Part shown: positions 62,315-64,000 of the stretch, in pieces
How the letters are laid out: every line of letters begins with the position of its first letter
Position numbering within the stretch: the first letter of the stretch is position 1
Assembly (NCBI GenBank): GCA_036406675.1
Contig: DASXAO010000114.1
Coordinates: 1,739 to 65,738, forward strand
From: Burkholderiales bacterium
GTDB lineage: Bacteria; Pseudomonadota; Gammaproteobacteria; Burkholderiales; SG8-39
DNA length: 64,000 bases
Direction: 5' to 3'
The notes under the pieces: model-generated
What the model saw: the letters and a program-made list of their open reading frames with translations, nothing else
Databases searched by the model: none
Told to the model about the DNA's origin: nothing
Translations under genes and position numbers: made by a program

Positions 62315-63252
62315 CTGCCCCAGCGCACCTCGCACGCCTCGCGCGCGAGGAGGCTTCTCTGGTGGCGCAGCCACGCGTTCACCCAGCGCTCGTGCGGGTC
62401 GATCCTGCGCTGCTCGGCAAGGAATTCCGCGAGCTGCGGATAGCAGGCCTCGGTCTGCTCGCGCGTGGCCTCGGGGGTGCACGAGATCGGAAAGCCGCCG
62501 CCGTGGGCGATGGCGAGGTCGATCAGGCTGCGCTTGAGCTGCGTCGAGCGGACCTGCGCGCCCAGGTTGGCGCCCTCGGCGAGCCCGAGGCTGACCTCGC
62601 AGTATTCCTGCCCCGGAAGCCGCAGGAACGTTTCGTCGTCGGCGCGGACCCGCCGCACGGCGAGGCTCTCCAGATCGAAGCGCCATTCGGCGCAGCAGTC
62701 GCGGCACGCCGCCACCAGCGCTTCCAGCCTGACCGGCGGCACCAGCAGAACGAGCTTGCGCGCCGCGTGCGGGCGAGGCTCGCCCGGTCGGTCCAAATGG
62801 GCGTCCGGCGCCTGGGCCTCGGCGAGAGCGCGCGCGAGCGACTCGATGCGCAAGGTCACGCTGTAGATCGCGCCGAAGAGTCCGTGCCCGCCGACCACCA
62901 GGGCGAAGAGGTCCGGGTTGGTCATGCGGTCGACGCGCCGCAGGTGGCCGTCCGGCGTGACCATGGTGAGCGATTGGACGTGGCTCACGGTGGGGCGTCC
63001 GTCGGGTCCGGCAGCGTTGCAAGCGAGGCTTTCGCCGATGGTCGGATGCGCGGTGCGGACCTCCTGCGCGCGGCCGTCGCCGGGACGCAGGCGCGCCGCC
63101 AGGCTTTTCCAGCTCGCGCTTGACTGAACCTCGACCAGCCCGCGCGCTTCGTCGACGGCGAGCACCCGGTCCAGGCGCGAGGCATCGAACGATGCGCACG
63201 CGCGAACCGACTGGCACAGCTCCTGGGCGGAAAGCGGGGGTTTGGCGGTCAT
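62311..63252 (-). CDS. FAD-binding (PCMH/FAD_binding_4-like) domain protein, N-terminally short
   Basis: 313 aa. ...TIGESLACNAAGPDG...VTPDGHLRRVDRMTNPDLFALVVGGHGLFGAIYSVTLRI resembles the second FAD-binding subdomain. No RGGGHS-type PP-loop subdomain is visible. Confidence 0.55.
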   Translation of the reverse strand: MTAKPPLSAQELCQSVRACASFDASRLDRVLAVDEARGLVEVQSSASWKSLAARLRPGDGRAQEVRTAHPTIGESLACNAAGPDGRPTVSHVQSLTMVTPDGHLRRVDRMTNPDLFALVVGGHGLFGAIYSVTLRIESLARALAEAQAPDAHLDRPGEPRPHAARKLVLLVPPVRLEALVAACRDCCAEWRFDLESLAVRRVRADDETFLRLPGQEYCEVSLGLAEGANLGAQVRSTQLKRSLIDLAIAHGGGFPISCTPEATREQTEACYPQLAEFLAEQRRIDPHERWVNAWLRHQRSLLAREACEVRWGS

Positions 63253-63358
63253 CTTTCTCTCCCCTCGAATCGATGCGACGCCGGCTATTTTTCTCCCCGC
63301 TGGAGAGCGGCCGCAACGGCGGCGAGCAAAGTCGCGCGGCCCGATACCGGCAGCCGCG

Positions 63359-63637
63359 CTAGGCGGTCGGTCGGCGTTCGAACCGGGCGTGCGGCGGCTC
63401 GCCGTCGCTTGCCGCCACCCGCACCTCGTCCACGCGGGAAGCGGGCGGCCCGCGCCTCGCCCAGGCGACGAGCTCGGCCACCCGCTCCGGGGGTCCCTGG
63501 ACGAGCGCCTCCACGCTGCCGTCGGTCCGGTTTCGGACCCACCCCGTCAGGCTGCGCGCTTGCGCTTCGACGCAAAGGGCGTCCCGGAAGCCGACGCCCT
63601 GCACGCGCCCGGTGATGCTCAGCTTTCGGCTGATCAT
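63359..63637 (-). CDS. Acylphosphatase
   Basis: Internal ATG 63637 gives 92 aa. ITGRVQGVGFRDAL...GWVRNRTDGSVEALVQG is the canonical acylphosphatase signature. Confidence 0.88.
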   Translation of the reverse strand: MISRKLSITGRVQGVGFRDALCVEAQARSLTGWVRNRTDGSVEALVQGPPERVAELVAWARRGPPASRVDEVRVAASDGEPPHARFERRPTA

Positions 63638-63731
63638 GTAAAAGACCTTAAGGAATCGCTGCAAGCCTCGGAACTGGCTTCTAAAGTTCATGATAAGCTC
63701 GGTCCGCGTCAGGCACTGAGGGGATAAAAAA

Positions 63732-64000
63732 ATGCGCATCGCGTTGTTGGTCGTCGCCGGTCTCGCCCTGATTGGTTTCCTCACCGTCGCGGTGGTCCTG
63801 CCGCAGCGGGCGGGAACCGAAGCTCGCGAAGCCGCGCAGGCGCTCATCCTCGGCGCGGAGCCGGCCAAGCAGCAGGTGGCGGCTCAAGCCGAGAAGTCGG
63901 GCAACCTTGTCGGCGTAGGGAAGGAAGTCAAGGTCGCGGCGAAGAGCGATCCGAAGTACGGGGAGATGAAGTGGATCGTATCCGAGAATGGCGACATTCG
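63732..64000 (+). CDS. Hypothetical membrane-anchored protein, 5' part only (runs off the right edge)
   Basis: Manual translation from ATG 63732 (SD GAGGGG upstream) gives MRIALLVVAGLALIGFLTVAVVLPQRAGTEAREAAQALILGAEPAKQQVAAQAEKSGNLVGVGKEVKVAAKSDPKYGEMKWIVSENGDI... It is not in the ORF track because no stop falls within the window. Confidence 0.5.
   Translation, partial: MRIALLVVAGLALIGFLTVAVVLPQRAGTEAREAAQALILGAEPAKQQVAAQAEKSGNLVGVGKEVKVAAKSDPKYGEMKWIVSENGDI

Overview
This is a dense, GC-rich chromosomal window with strong GC3 bias. It holds about 70 protein-coding genes and one tRNA. I saw no rRNA, CRISPR array, transposase or integrase. Gene content and local synteny look like a betaproteobacterial core chromosome: a Bug/TctC binding protein, a complete gsp type II secretion cluster, queA-tgt-yajC-secD-secF, divergent hda/purM, pcnB-folK-...-panC, and dnaE. 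All family calls come from motifs read in the supplied translations and my own reading of the DNA. No database search was possible.

Main blocks:
- 1-5531 (-): an uptake/catabolic operon with Liv-type ABC components, a Rieske oxygenase, TctC, and a PEP-mutase family enzyme.
- 5530-9607: an M20 peptidase, gshA, and a secreted hydrolase.
- 9654-20165: the T2SS, with gspC-like-D-E-F divergent from gspG-N.
- 20301-21671: a small overlapping two-ORF cassette divergent from a LysR regulator.
- 21746-24947: an infA paralog, then hsp20 coupled to lon.
- 24948-25690: a 740-bp gap with no convincing gene but several RNA hairpins and a strong terminator.
- 26186-39432: nadE, a two-gene toxin-antitoxin-like pair, then aminotransferases, corA, a NUDIX hydrolase, mnmA, a PPK2 kinase, a GST, a UDG-superfamily protein, purB, and a membrane-fused spermidine-synthase-like protein.
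- 39510-44902: secF through queA, then tRNA-Leu(CAA).
- 45070-50581: a DSF-type quorum-sensing cluster (rpfG, rpfC, an alpha/beta hydrolase, and a convergent rpfF).
- 51044-64000: the panC-to-pcnB chain, hda/purM, dnaE, and a few small genes.

Findings most worth a second look:
1. A family of roughly 21-30 nt palindromic REP-like elements, 11 units at 8 loci. Full copies lie within about 10 nt of a stop codon and several overlap one. Two core subtypes and chimeric copies are present.
2. The rpfG-rpfC/rpfF cluster carries an inserted hydrolase, lacks rpfB, and has an extra pseudo-receiver in the kinase.
3. Four tandem units of about 20 bp lie between tRNA-Leu and rpfG.
4. The toxin-antitoxin-like pair has a miniaturised toxin.
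5. The small ORF pair is divergent from the LysR regulator.
6. The structured non-coding gap lies downstream of lon.

I found no clear large uncharacterised multi-gene system.
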